DNA of 63,861 bases, filler included, from Nemertoderma westbladi (GCA_032718475.1; 4 parts of 4 records of this genome joined end to end with filler, not necessarily neighbours in it), one strand, 5' to 3'; shown: positions 46,719-61,419, counted from the whole stretch's first letter. The notes: a model not told the origin generated them from the sequence alone. Made by a program: numbers and translations.

Positions 46719-48146
46719 GTAAGTTGGAACACCAATCTATGTAAGTTGGAACACCAAACTATGTAAGTTGGAACACCAAACTATGTAAGTTGGAACACCA
46801 AACTATGTAAGTTGGAACACCAAACTATGTAAGTTGGAACACCAAACTATGTAAGTTGGAACACCAAAGTATGTAAGTTGGAACACCAATCTATGTAAGT
46901 TGGAACACCAAAGTATGTAAGTTGGAACACCAATCTATGTAAGTTGGAACACCAAACTATGTAAGTTGGAACACCAATCTATGTAAGTTGGAACACCAAA
47001 CTATGTAAGTTGGAACACCAAACTATGTAAGTTGGAACACCAATCTATGTAAGTTGGAACACCAAACTATGTAAGTTGGAACACCAAACTATGTAAGTTG
47101 GAACACCAAACTATGTAAGTTGGAACACCAAAGTATGTAAGTTGGAACACCAATCTATGTAAGTTGGAACACCAAAGTATGTAAGTTGGAACACCAATCT
47201 ATGTAAGTTGGAACACCAAACTATGTAAGTTGGAACACCAATCTATGTAAGTTGGAACACCAAACGATGTAAGTTGGAACACCAAACTATGTAAGTTGGA
47301 ACACCAATCTATGTAAGTTGGAACACCAAACTATGTAAGTTGGAACACCAATCTATGTAAGTTGGAACACCAAACTATGTAAGTTGGAACACCAAACGAT
47401 GTAAGTTGGAACACCAAACTATGTAAGTTGGAACACCAAACTATGTAAGTTGGAACACCAAACTATGTAAGTTGGAACACCAAACTATGTAAGTTGGAAC
47501 ACCAAACTATGTAAGTTGGAACACCAAACTATGTAAGTTGGAACACCAATCTATGTAAGTTGGAACACCAAACTATGTAAGTTGGAACACCAAACTATGT
47601 AAGTTGGAACACCAAACTATGTAAGTTGGAACACCAATCTATGTAAGTTGGAACACCAAAGTATGTAAGTTGGAACATCAATCTATGTAAGTTGGAACAC
47701 CAAAGTATGTAAGTTGGAACACCAAACTATGTAAGTTGGAACACCAAACTATGTAAGTTGGAACACCAAACTATGTAAGTTGGAACACCAATCTATGTAA
47801 GTTGGAACACCAAAGTATGTAAGTTGGAACACCAAACTATGTAAGTTGGAACACCAAACTATGTAAGTTGGAACACCAAACGATGTAAGTTGGAACACCA
47901 AACTATGTAAGTTGGAACACCAAACTATGTAAGTTGGAACACCAAACTATGTAAGTTGGAACACCAAACTATGTAAGTTGGAACACCAAACTATGTAAGT
48001 TGGAACACCAAGCGATATAAGTTGGAACACCAAACTATGTAAGTTGGAACACCAAACGATGTAAGTTGGAACACCAAACTATGTAAGTTGGAACACCAAA
48101 CTATGTAAGTTGGAACACCAAACGATGTAAGTTGGAACACCAAAGT
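46719..48146 (+). repeat. 22-bp tandem repeat (GTAAGTTGGAACACCAAACTAT)n, about 65 copies, running into the spacer
   Basis: Begins exactly at the SCAPER donor GT. Only the 4-nt segment ACTA/TCTA/AGTA/ACGA varies commonly. Confidence 0.97.
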
Positions 48147-48246
48147 NNNNNNNNNNNNNNNNNNNNNNNNNNNNNNNNNNNNNNNNNNNNTTAATTAATT
48201 AANNNNNNNNNNNNNNNNNNNNNNNNNNNNNNNNNNNNNNNNNNNN
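48147..48246. other. Artificial assembly spacer
   Basis: 44 N + TTAATTAATTAA + 44 N. Confidence 0.95.
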
Positions 48247-48787
48247 ACAATTAGATTGCAAGTAATGAGATCAATGAATTAAATCGATATGAATCGGATC
48301 GAATTGGATCAAATCGATAATAGCTATGCTTTCTATAATTTAGCCTACTAATGTTCTTATAAAAAGGCAGAAAACATTTCGCTATATCAAAACGGTCTTA
48401 AAACACTGATAATAAAGTCTCAAAATCATAACAAAAGTCCCGTGACTTTAGCTCTCTTATTTTCCAAGAATCCCGTTCAACACATGTAATCAGCAGTGAG
48501 ACAGGATAATTTCAGTTCAGTAGCTCGGGATTGGTCGAAATCAGAACTAACTCAACGCAGGGCTATGGGTAACTAGGGCAACCTTCCCAAGCCGGCTGGC
48601 CAATCGAACAGCTCAGATCCCTCCTAAAGGATTCCAACGCCTTGGAGGGGGGAACTGGTTAGCAAAGAAAACAAATCAGTCATATCCCAGAAAAACCTTT
48701 ACAGTAGGTTTCAGAGTATTTTAGCGTATGGGGGAAAAACTGGGTTGCGGGGCGAAGGGCCAGTTACATCCCACAGAAGCTTTTACA
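48247..48787 (-). mobile_element. Diverged LTR fragment related to the BEL LTR (U3 end)
   Basis: Ends GGGCCAGTTACATCCCACAGAAGCTTTTACA, like 12357 and 22952. Confidence 0.85.
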
Positions 48788-48979
48788 TAGGCCTAACAAT
48801 TACATTATAAATCAAAATAAGCAAACGTCTGCATTTTTTAAAATATTTTATCGGTAACCATATTAATATATTACGATTATTGGTGGAATGTCACCTTTTT
48901 TTTAATAAATCCACGAAGCTAAGGAAAATCAACAACTTTCACAAAGGAAGATTTCCTTAGCTGAGGTGATGTATACTAG

Positions 48980-51760
48980 TATCGGCATGCTGCATTGAAG
49001 CTGCATTTTTAAGAATGCTGTGCCGGCTTGTCGACAAAATTGCGCCGCCACAACTCCCTATCACCCATGACATTTGCTAGATTATCCGCATCTTCAAGGC
49101 CAGTGTCCTTTAAGATGCGTCTCAAGAAAGTCATGGGCTGTCCACCATGCTTATTCACTCCATGAGGCTGCCAAAGTACAAGATTATGCACTGGCTGAGG
49201 CGATTTTGTTCTAGTGTCAAGCTTGGGGGAAACAATGAGACACCTCCAATGTTATATAGTGTCTGGTTGGAGATGTGTGCATTGTACTTGACACAATGAA
49301 CCCGGCATAGCATTCTTGTGAATGTGCCATCCAGAGATTTGGTGTCCTCAGCAGTTAGAGCCCAGCATGGACTCCCATAGAGGAGTACTGTAACTACTGC
49401 TGCTCTAAATAATCGGACCTTAAGTTTCCGATTAATTCTCGGTGACTTCCAAATCCTGGAAAGCCTATTCAAGGCTGCCCATGCCTTTCCCTTACGTATT
49501 CGAAGGTCCTCACCTGACTTCCGGATCCATGATCCCAGGTAACAGAAGTCGTCCACATGCTCAAGCATACCATCCTTTGAGCTTATGCTCCACCGATCAG
49601 AGACTTGCTGAGAACATTCAAAGTTAACTGTCAAAATTTTGGTCTTTATGGAGTTAATAAAAAGACCAACACTAGAAGCAGCATGTTCTAATGAGTTGAG
49701 GAGCCATTGGGCTCCCTCTAGTGATTCTGAGAGTACTCCTAAGTCATCAGCAAAGTCTAGATCAGTTAGGTACTTGGCAGGATTTCCTCGACTTCTGGAG
49801 CCAGTAGGTGGAGTTATCATCACCCCATCATCATTATGATGATATAAGGACATGCGTAGAACATAGTCAACCACAATTATGAGCAAGAATGTTGCAAGTG
49901 TGTCTCCCTGGAGGACGCCCCATAACACTTCAAATGGTTCTGTGTCACCATCAACAGTAGACACAAATGTTGTCGAACCATCGTATATTGATCTGATTGC
50001 TGCAATAATTTCATCAGGAATCCCATATAATGAAAGTATGCTGAACATACGTGAGCGGGAGACTGAATCAAAGGCCTTGAAGAAGTCAACAAAGATAACA
50101 GCCAGATGCCTGTCTTTCTTTTTTGATAACTCTTCAATTATCCTTCTAAGTGCCAAAATGGGCTCCATGGTCCCACGACCTTTACGGAACCCATTCTAAT
50201 TTCCACGGAGCAGTCTCTGAATGGGATCCCTGATGCGATTTAATAGAATTATATTGTATAGCTTTGCAGCAATCGAGATCAATGAGATTCCCCGAAAAGA
50301 ACCATAGAGTGTTAGGTTACCCTTCTTGGGAACTGGCACCAACTTATTTGTTTTCATTTCTTGTGGGACTCTTGCTGTTCGGTACATGTCTACTATGATG
50401 GGATAGATGAGCTTTAAGCACTCAGGTATTTTAAAGACCTCAGGGGGAACACCATCTACTCCACTGGCACGATTGGTCTTAATGCTCTTTGCAGCAGCCT
50501 TCACTTCTGCAAAGGATATATCGCCAATGGGAATATCTGGGAGTACAGACTCAGACACTTTTACTTCTATAAAGTTATCAGGCAATACCCTGTCATTATT
50601 AAGGAGCTTTTCAAAGTGGGCCTTCCAACCATTGAGGCGATCGGCTGGTGATTCAGCCTTAACATTGGTGGTTGGTTGGCTTTTCCGCCCAGTAAGCAAG
50701 TTGATAGATTTCCATGCCTGGGATGATTGCCTGCTTTCATCAGCATCATTGATGTCATCAACCTGTTGGTTTATGAGCTCCTGTAGATTAACAGAGTACT
50801 GCCTGTTCAGGGACCTAGATGCAGCCTTAACTGCATTCTTGGCCGCTGTAGTCTGTTTGAGTCGGGACTCTTTCTGCGCCTTATATAGGTCATTTCGGCA
50901 CTTCTGGATTTTGTTGTCAGTCCAGGGGGCCCTTTTCCTGTTTCGAGGGTATACAGGAACTGTTTCTGCAGCTGCTAACTTAACTTCTTCTGTGAAGGCA
51001 GTATAGCCCTCACATTGATCTGCCGCCTCAGAGGCAAGAACCTCATATCTGTTGCTCAGCTGTAGTGTGAAGCTGGATCTCACACTTGGCTGTTGCAACA
51101 GAGAGGACCAGTCATGCCGCGGCAAGGCACATTTCGTTGTTCTGCTAGCACGCAGACTAAGTCTTACCTTGGCCACAAAAAGGTGGTGATCACTGGAGAA
51201 GGGTCGAAGTGTAAATGCATTACAGTCATGTATAGAGCTCCTGTACTTCCTACGAAACAGAATATGGTCTATCTGGGACTTGTGACAACTGGGTCCACTA
51301 TGAGTCCATAGCTTTCCAGTTCGCTTCTTGAACTGGATTCCAGCCGAAAACAATCCATTTCAAGAGATAAAATCCTGAAGATGGATGGAATTTCGGTTGA
51401 CACTATTGCTATAGACCCAGGGCGATGTAGGTGATTGATGCAGGCTTGCATTAAAGTCCCCCAGGAATGTTAAGAATGCATGCTGATCCACTCCATCAGT
51501 ATCTGCTTGTAGATTGTGGTTGAAATTTTCCACCTCCTCTACAGGGGCAACACTAGTTGGAGAGTAGCACATAATCAGAACCACCTTAGGAAACTTCTTA
51601 GCCAGTCTCCCAGAACATGAGAAGTGGCAACGGATGATGCGGTTAGAGATATGGTCTATTTTGTCCAATGCTGTATGATGTATACAGTACAGTACGTAGT
51701 TGGCCCTTGTGTAACAGATGTGGCTTTTTTTTATCCCAGCAGCCAAAACTAGCATTTAAT
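48980..51760 (-). mobile_element. RTE-clade LINE, 5'-truncated and decayed (endonuclease + RT)
   Basis: Contains CYSPT, LGDFNA, SQIDHIL, SDHH, FRGISLISIAAKLYN, FVDFFKAFDSV, GVLQGDTL, LDFADDL and FCYLGS. There is an in-frame stop at 50198-50196 and there are frameshifts. Confidence 0.92.
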
Positions 51761-52498
51761 ACTGCCCAGACCTTCCAGAAATATTGAATGTATGGCGCAA
51801 CTTTAGGGCTGGGTCTCATATCTGGAAAATTCTGGTTTCCATGGAAATTGACTTTTGAACAACAAGTTAAAAAAGGTGTCATTACCTTCTGTTTTATTTA
51901 TTTCAAAATTATAATTATTTTGCACTAAATTTAGCAAGCTATTTTACTTAAATACGTAATTTGCTTTTGGCCATCTAATTTAAATTATTACAGAAACATC
52001 ACTCACTTTACATCATTACATCTGCAGCAGCCCACAGTGATGCAGATGTATTACTGTTCCTTAGTATTGTGGCTAATTATTATTGTTAATATTAGACTCC
52101 TTATTATTGTTTAGTAACTTTATCACTTTATGTATGACATTTATATGTGTGTAGCGTAAACAGAAAAATTGTAACAGATAAACAGAAAAACAAAAATTCA
52201 TTCGTTTTCTTTTCTTTTTTAATCGAAAAATTCGTTTTCGTCGTCTTTTATATTTGTCGTAAAATAAAACAAACTACAAAAACAAAAATGTTTCGTTTTT
52301 GTTTTAGTCGAAATTAAATATTTTTTAAGTTGTCCCTTAGGTCCCACAGGTTATCACAATTTGGACAATCGTATTTGAAACCCTGATGGACGGATTCGAT
52401 ACCAATTCGGGTTTTTACATTTGTTGTAGTGAAAGTGAATGAATTGTTATTAGTCAAACAATTAGGACTCGACAATCTAATGTGTTTCTTAGAAATTC

Positions 52499-55400
52499 GT
52501 GTTTCTAAAACTGAGACATTTCTCTACGGCACTACCACAGGAGAGAGTAACACGTTGAGTGTTTCTAAAACTGAGACATTTCTCTACGGCACTACTACAG
52601 GAGAGTAACACGTTGAGTGTTTATAAAACTGAGACATTTCTCTACGGCACTACTACAGGAGAGTAACACGTTGAGTGTTTATAAAACTGAGACATTTCTC
52701 TACGGCACTACTACAGGAGAGTAACACGTTGAGTGTTTATAAAACTGAGACATTTCTCTACGGCACTACTACAGGAGAGTAACACGTTGCGTGTTTCTAA
52801 AACTGAGACATTTCTCTACAGCACTACTACAGGAGAGTAACACGTTGAGTGTTTATAAAACTGAGACATTTCTCTACGGCACTACTACAGGAGAGTAACA
52901 CGTTGAGTGTTTCTAAAACTGATACATTTCTCTACGGCACTACTACAGGAGAGTAACACGTTGAGTGTTTATAAAACTGATACATTTCTCTACGGCACTA
53001 CTACAGGAGAGTAACACGTTGAGTGTTTCTAAAACTGAGACATTTCTCTACGGCACTACTACAGGAGAGTAACACGTTGAGTGTTTGTAAAACTGAGACA
53101 TTTCTCTACGGCACTACTACAGGAGAGTAACACGTTGAGTGTTTCTAAAACTGAGACATTTCTCTACGGCACTACTACAGGAGAGTAACACGTTGAGTGT
53201 TTCTAAAACTGAGACATTTCTCTACGGCACTACTACAGGAGAGTAACACGTTGAGTGTTTCTAAAACTGATACATTTCTCTACGACACTACTACAGGAGA
53301 GTAACACGATGAGTGTTTCTAAAACTGATACATTTCTCTACGACACTACTACAGGAGAGTAACACGTTGAGTGTTTCTAATACTGATACATTTCTCTACA
53401 GCACTACTACAGGAGAGTAACACGTTGAGTGTTTCTAAAACTGAGACATTTCTCTACGGCACTACTACAGGAGAGTAACACGTTGAGTGTTTCTAAAACT
53501 GAGACATTTCTCTACGGCACTACTACAGGAGAGTAACACGTTGAGTGTTTCTAAAACTGAGACATTTCTCTACGGCACTACTATAGGAGAGTAACACGTT
53601 GAGTGTTTCAAAAACTGACACATTTCTCTACGGCACTACTACAGGAGAGTAACACGTTGAGTGTTTCTAAAACTGAGACATTTCTCTACGGCACTACTAC
53701 AGTAGAGTAACACGTTGAGTGTTTCTAAAACTGAGACATTTCTCTACGGCACTACTACAGTAGAGTAACACGTTGAGTGTTTCTAAAACTGAGACATTTC
53801 TCTACGGCACTACTACAGGAGAGTAACACGTTGAGTGTTTCTAAAACTGAGACATTTCTCTACGGCACTACCACAGGAGAGAGTAACACGTTGAGTGTTT
53901 CTAAAAATGAGACATTTCTCTACGGCACTACTACAGGAGAGTAACACGTTGAGTGTTTCTAAAACTGAGACATTTCTCTACGGCACTACTACAGGAGAGT
54001 AACACGTTGAGTGTTTATAAAAATGAGACATTTCTCTACGGCACTACTACAGGAGAGTAACACGTTGAGTGTTTCTAAAACTGAGACATTTCTCTACGGC
54101 ACTACTACAGGAGAGTAACACGTTGAGTGTTTCTAAAAATGAGACATTTCTCTACGGCACTACTACAGGAGAGTAACACGTTGAGTGTTTCTAAAACTGA
54201 GACATTTCTCTACGGCACTACTACAGGAGAGTAACACGTTGAGTGTTTCTAAAACTGAGACATTTCTCTACGGCACTACTACAGGAGAGTAACACGTTGA
54301 GTGTTTATAAAACTGAGACATTTCTCTACGGCACTACTACAGGAGAGTAACACGTTGAGTGTTTCTAAAACTGAGACATTTCTCTACGGCACTACTACAG
54401 GAGAGTAACACGTTGAGTGTTTCTAAAAATGAGACATTTCTCTACGGCACTACTACAGGAGAGTAACACGTTGAGTGTTTATAAAACTGAGACATTTCTC
54501 TACGGCACTACTACAGGAGAGTAACACGTTGAGTGTTTATAAAACTGAGACATTTCTCTACGGCACTACTACAGGAGAGTAACACGTTGAGTGTTTCTAA
54601 AACTGATACATTTCTCTACGGCACTACTACAGGAGAGTAACACGTTGAGTGTTTCTAAAACTGAGACATTTCTCTACGGCACTACTACAGGAGAGTAACA
54701 CGTTGAGTGTTTATAAAACTGAGACATTTCTCTACGGCACTACTACAGGAGAGTAACACGTTGAGTGTTTCTAAAACTGAGACATTTCTCTACGGCACTA
54801 CTACAGGAGAGTAACACGATGAGTGTTTATAAAACTGAGACATTTCTCTACGGCACTACTACAGGAGAGTAACACGTTGAGTGTTTCTAAAACTGAGACA
54901 TTTCTCTATGGCACTACTACAGGAGAGTAACACGTTGAGTGTTTCTAAAACTGATACATTTCTCTACGGCACTACTACAGGAGAGTAACACGATGAGTGT
55001 TTCTAAAACTGAGACATTTCTCTGCGGCACTACTACAGGAAAGTAACACGTTGAGTGTTTCTAAAACTGAGACATTTCTCTACGGCACTACTACAGGAAA
55101 GTAACACGTTGAGTGTTTCTAATACTGATACATTTCTCTACAGCACTACTACAGGAGAGTAACACGTTGAGTGTTTCTAAAACTGAGACATTTCTCTACG
55201 GCACTACTACAGGAGAGTAACACGTTGAGTGTTTCTAAAACTGAGACATTTCTCTACGGCACTACTACAGGAGAGTAACACGTTGAGTGTTTCTAAAACT
55301 GAGACATTTCTCTACGGCACTACTACAGGAGAGTAACACGTTGAGTGTTTCTAAAACTGACACATTTCTCTACGGCACTACTACAGGAGAGTAACACGTT

Positions 55401-58400
55401 GAGTGTTTATAAAACTGAGACATTTCTCTACGGCACTACTACAGGAGAGTAACACGTTGAGTGTTTATAAAACTGAGACATTTCTCTACGGCACTACTAT
55501 AGGAGAGTAACACGTTGAGTGTTTCTAAAACTGACACATTTCTCTACGGCACTACTACAGGAGAGTAACACGTTGAGTGTTTCTAAAACTGAGACATTTC
55601 TCTACGGCACTACTATAGGAGAGTAACACGTTGAGTGTTTCTAAAACTGACACATTTCTCTACGGCACTACTACAGGAGAGTAACACGTTGAGTGTTTAT
55701 AAAACTGAGACATTTCTCTACGGCACTACTACAGGAGAGTAACACGTTGAGTGTTTCTAAAACTGACACATTTCTCTACGGCACTACTACAGGAGAGTAA
55801 CACGTTGAGTGTTTATAAAACTGAGACATTTCTCTACGGCACTACTACAGGAGAGTAACACGTTGAGTGTTTCTAAAACTGAGACATTTCTCTACGGCAC
55901 TACTACAGGAGAGTAACACGTTGAGTGTTTCTAAAACTGAGACATTTCTCTACGGCACTACTACAGGAGAGTAACACGTTGAGTGTTTATAAAACTGAGA
56001 CATTTCTCTACGGCACTACTACAGGAGAGTAACACGTTGAGTGTTTCTAAAACTGAGACATTTCTCTACGGCACTACTACAGGAGAGTAACACGTTGAGT
56101 GTTTATAAAACTGAGACATTTCTCTACGGCACTACTACAGGAGAGTAACACGTTGAGTGTTTCTAAAACTGATACATTTCTCTACGGCACTACTACAGGA
56201 GAGTAACACGTTGAGTGTTTCTAAAACTGATACATTTCTCTACGGCACTACTACAGGAGAGTAACACGTTGAGTGTTTCTAAAACTGAGACATTTCTCTA
56301 CGGCACTACTACAGGAGAGTAACACGTTGAGTGTTTCTAAAACTGATACATTTCTCTACGGCACTACTACAGGAGAGTAACACGTTGAGTGTTTCTAAAA
56401 CTGAGACATTTCTCTACGACACTACTACAGGAGAGTAACACGTTGAGTGTTTCTAAAACTGATACATTTCTCTACGGCACTACTACAGGAGAGTAACACG
56501 TTGAGTGTTTCTAAAACTGAGACATTTCTCTACGGCACTACTACAGGAGAGTAACACGTTGAGTGTTTCTAAAACTGATACATTTCTCTACGGCACTACT
56601 ACAGGAGAGTAACACGTTGAGTGTTTCTAAAACTGATACATTTCTCTACGGCACTACTACAGGAGAGTAACACGTTGAGTGTTTCTAAAACTGAGACATT
56701 TCTCTACGGCACTACTACAGGAGAGTAACACGTTGAGTGTTTCTAAAACTGAGACATTTCTCTACGGCACTACTACAGGAGAGTAACACGTTGAGTGTTT
56801 CTAAAACTGAGACATTTCTCTACGGCACTACTACAGGAGAGTAACACGTTGAGTGTTTCTAAAACTGAGACATTTCTCTACGGCACTACTACAGGAGAGT
56901 AACACGTTGAGTGTTTCTAAAACTGATACATTTCTCTACGGCACTACTACAGGAGAGTAACACGTTGAGTGTTTCTAAAACTGAGACATTTCTCTACGGC
57001 ACTACTACAGGAGAGTAACACGTTGAGTGTTTCTAAAACTGAGACATTTCTCTACGGCACTACTACAGGAGAGTAACACGTTGAGTGTTTCTAAAACTGA
57101 TACATTTCTCTACGACACTACTACAGGAGAGTAACACGTTGAGTGTTTCTAAAACTGATACATTTCTCTACGGCACTACTACAGGAGAGTAACACGTTGA
57201 GTGTTTCTAAAACTGAGACATTTCTCTACGGCACTACTACAGGAGAGTAACACGTTGAGTGTTTCTAAAACTGAGACATTTCTCTACGGCACTACTACAG
57301 GAGAGTAACACGTTGAGTGTTTCTAAAACTGATACATTTCTCTACGGCACTACTACAGGAGAGTAACACGTTGAGTGTTTCTAAAACTGATACATTTCTC
57401 TACAGCACTACTACAGGAGAGTAACACGTTGAGTGTTTCTAAAACTGAGACATTTCTCTACGGCACTACTACAGGAGAGTAACACGTTGAGTGTTTCTAA
57501 AACTGAGACATTTCTCTACGGCACTACTACAGGAGAGTAACACGTTGAGTGTTTCTAAAACTGAGACATTTCTCTACGGCACTACTACAGGAGAGTAACA
57601 CGTTGAGTGTTTCTAAAACTGACACATTTCTCTACGGCACTACTACAGGAGAGTAACACGTTGAGTGTTTCTAAAACTGAGACATTTCTCTACGGCACTA
57701 CTACAGGAGAGTAACACGTTGAGTGTTTCTAAAACTGAGACATTTCTCTACGGCACTACTACAGGAGAGTAACACGTTGAGTGTTTCTAAAACTGAGACA
57801 TTTCTCTACGGCACTACTACAGGAGAGTAACACGTTGAGTGTTTCTAAAACTGAGACATTTCTCTACGGCACTACTACAGGAGAGGTAACACGTTGAGTG
57901 TTTCTAAAACTGAGACATTTCTCTACGGCACTACTACAGGAGAGTAACACGTTGAGTGTTTCTAAAACTGAGACATTTCTCTACGGCACTACTACAGGAG
58001 AGTAACACGTTGAGTGTTTCTAAAACTGAGACATTTCTCTACGGCACTACTACAGGAGAGTAACACGTTGAGTGTTTATAAAACTGAGACATTTCTCTAC
58101 GGCACTACTACAGGAGAGTAACACGTTGAGTGTTTATAAAACTGAGACATTTCTCTACGGCACTACTACAGGAGAGTAACACGTTGAGTGTTTCTAAAAC
58201 TGAGACATTTCTCTACGGCACTACTACAGGAGAGTAACACGTTGAGTGTTTCTAAAACTGAGACATTTCTCTACGGCACTACTACAGGAGAGTAACACGT
58301 TGAGTGTTTATAAAACTGAGACATTTCTCTACGGCACTACTACAGGAGAGTAACACGTTGAGTGTTTATAAAACTGAGACATTTCTCTACGGCACTACTA

Positions 58401-59424
58401 CAGGAGAGTAACACGTTGAGTGTTTCTAAAACTGAGACATTTCTCTACGGCACTACTACAGGAGAGTAACACGTTGAGTGTTTATAAAACTGAGACATTT
58501 CTCTACGGCACTACTACAGGAGAGTAACACGTTGAGTGTTTCTAAAACTGAGACATTTCTCTACGGCACTACTACAGGAGAGTAACACGTTGAGTGTTTC
58601 TAAAACTGAGACATTTCTCTACGGCACTACTACAGGAGAGTAACACGTTGAGTGTTTCTAAAACTGAGACATTTCTCTACGGCACTACTACAGGAGAGTA
58701 ACACGTTGAGTGTTTCTAAAACTGAGACATTTCTCTACGGCACTACTACAGGAGAGTAACACGTTGAGTGTTTCTAAAACTGATACATTTCTCTACGGCA
58801 CTACTACAGGAGAGTAACACGTTGAGTGTTTCTACAACTGAGACATTTCTCTACGGCACTACTACATGAGAGTAACACGTTGAGTGTTTCTAAAACTGAT
58901 ACATTTCTCTACGGCACTACTACAGGAGAGTAACACGTTGAGTGTTTCTAAAACTGATACATTTCTCTACGGCACTACTACAGGAGAGTAACACGTTGAG
59001 TGTTTCTAAAACTGATACATTTCTCTACGGCACTACTACAGGAGAGTAACACGTTGAGTGTTTCTAAAACTGAGACATTTCTCTACGGCACTACTACAGG
59101 AGAGTAACACGTTGAGTGTTTCTAAAACTGATACATTTCTCTACGGCACTACTACAGGAGAGTAACACGTTGAGTGTTTCTAAAACTGATACATTTCTCT
59201 ACGGCACTACTACAGGAGAGTAACACGTTGAGTGTTTCTAAAACTGATACATTTCTCTACGGCACTACTACAGGAGAGTAACACGTTGAGTGTTTCTAAA
59301 ACTGAGACATTTCTCTACGGCACTACTACAGGAGAGTAACACGTTGAGTGTTTCTAAAACTGAGACATTTCTCTACGGCACTACTACAGGAGAGTAACAC
59401 GTTGAGTGTTTATAAAACTGAGAC
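52499..59424. repeat. 58-bp satellite, about 119 copies, running into the spacer
   Basis: Unit GTGTTTCTAAAACTGAGACATTTCTCTACGGCACTACTACAGGAGAGTAACACGTTGA, highly homogeneous. Confidence 0.97.
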
Positions 59425-59524
59425 NNNNNNNNNNNNNNNNNNNNNNNNNNNNNNNNNNNNNNNNNNNNTTAATTAATTAANNNNNNNNNNNNNNNNNNNN
59501 NNNNNNNNNNNNNNNNNNNNNNNN
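59425..59524. other. Artificial assembly spacer
   Basis: 44 N + TTAATTAATTAA + 44 N. Confidence 0.95.
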
Positions 59525-59720
59525 TAATGGCTCGCAGCATAACCCTCTGTCCCGTATGGAACCCAGTGGCCCATGATAGCCTAAGCATGAGGGCAATGTA
59601 TAATAAAACATGTACGTACACCATCCACTGGGACATATTTTTAATGGTTAGTTAGCCTGCATAAAGGAGACATCAGATATGTTACAGACACCATACCACC
59701 CACCCACCCCCCCCCCCCCC

Positions 59721-60850
59721 TCATTGTTGCTCGTTGTTGGCCATTGTTGCTCATTGTTGGTGATTGTTGCTCATTGTTGTACTTTATTATTTCTCATTGT
59801 TGCTCATTGTTGCTCGTTGTTGCTCTTTGTTGCTCATTGTTGATCGTTGTTGCTCATTGTTGCTCGTTGTTGCTCGTTGTTGCTCATTGTTGCTCATTGT
59901 TGCTCGTTGTTGCTCATTGTTGCTCGTTGTTGGTCATTGTTGGTCATTGTTGGTCATTGTTGTTTATTGTTGCTCCTTGTTGGTCATTGTTGCTCATTGT
60001 TGGTCATTGTTGCTCATTTTTGTACTTTATTATTGCTCATTGTTGCTCGTTGTTGCTCATTGTTGCTCATTGTTGCTCATTGTTGCTCATTGTTGCTCAT
60101 TGTTGCTCATTGTTGCTCGTTGTTCTCATTGTTGCTCGTTGTTACTCATTGTTGCTCGTTGTTGCTCATTGTTGCTCGTTGTTGGTCATTGTTGCTCATT
60201 GTTGGTCATTCTTGCTCATTGTTGTACTTTATTATTGCTCATTGTTGCTCGTTGTTGCTCATTGTTGCTCATTGTTGCTCGTTGTTGCTCATTGTTGCTC
60301 GTTGTTGCTCATTGTTGCTCGTTGTTGCTCATTGTTGCTCATTGTTGGTCATTGTTGTTTATTGTTGCTCGTTGTTGGTCATTGCTGCTCATTGTTGGTC
60401 ATTGTTGCTCATTGTTGCACTTTATTATTGCTCATTGTTGCTCGTTGTTGCTCATTGTTGCTCGTTGTTGCTCATTGTTGCTCGTTGTTGGTCATTGTTG
60501 CTCATTGTTGGTAATTGTTGTTTATTGTTGCTCGTTGTTGGTCATTGTTGCTCATTGTTGGTCATTGTTTCTCATTGTTGTACTTTATTATTTCTCATTG
60601 TTGCTCGTTGTTGCTCATTGTTGCTCGTTGTTGCTCATTGTTGCTCATTGTTGCTCGTTGTTCTCATTGTTGCTCGTTGTTGCTCATTGTTGCTCGTTGT
60701 TGCTCGTTGTTGCTCGTTGTTGGTCATTGTTGCTCATTGTTGGTCATTCTTGCTCATTGTTGTACTTTATTATTGCTCATTGTTGCTCGTTGTTGCTCAT
60801 TGTTGCTCGTTGTTGCTCATTGTTGCTCGTTGTGCATTTTAGCACCTACC
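59721..60850. repeat. 10-bp-based TTG-rich minisatellite, same family as 26601-27853
   Basis: Same units and the same right boundary, GTGCATTTTAGCACCTACC. Confidence 0.95.
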
Positions 60851-61419
60851 GCAACAGATTCCATTATTTAAAAAATTGTGCGAATGCATGCAAAGTATGT
60901 GAATGTTGGAAAGTATTATGAAAGGGAAAGCTGCAGATCAAGATGCTGTTAAAGTGTTTACAAAGTCCCTTGCTGATCTATTTGATGTATCCTGCAAAGA
61001 TGCTGAGAGGATATTATAGGGTCGACAAGGTGACAATGCAGCAGCTTAGCAGCAGCCTACAGCAGAGAAAAAAGCACTACAAGAAGAAAAAATGCCCAGA
61101 TTGAGAAGCAACAAATAAGTGAAGCAATGGCACTTGTATCATGCATATATCGCATATAATATATGGTACCGGTACACCAACTACAGTACGGCCGTGGCTT
61201 CATGTAGGCCGCGGTGTACAGTACTACAGCAAGAGAACCTACAGATAATAAAACTAGCCTAGCACCATCTACAGGTCGCAAGGCGTAATAAACTACTGGA
61301 TGTACAATAGCTCACATCCCCTTACGAGTCCCAGGAATCATTTTCTGGGGCTATCATAATGTCTGTAAGTGTCCGAAAGTCCGTGTGTTGGTGTGGTCGG
61401 TCCATCGCGCAGCACGAGC

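Noticed and set aside
46719-48146. CRISPR-like appearance of the 22-bp array
   Set aside because: The units are directly adjacent with no unique spacers, there are no cas genes, and the context is a eukaryotic intron.
28860-48787. One large LTR element spanning the two diverged LTR fragments
   Set aside because: The flanks do not form a TSD, two spacers intervene, and the interval holds a host gene.
52499-59424. Hammerhead ribozyme or CRISPR array in the 58-bp satellite
   Set aside because: CTGAGAC does not fit the CUGANGA core, no correctly placed GAAA with three stems was found on either strand, and there are no spacers.
60860-61160. Possible transposase remnant (LADLFDVSCKDAERII)
   Set aside because: Too short and too interrupted by stops to assign.
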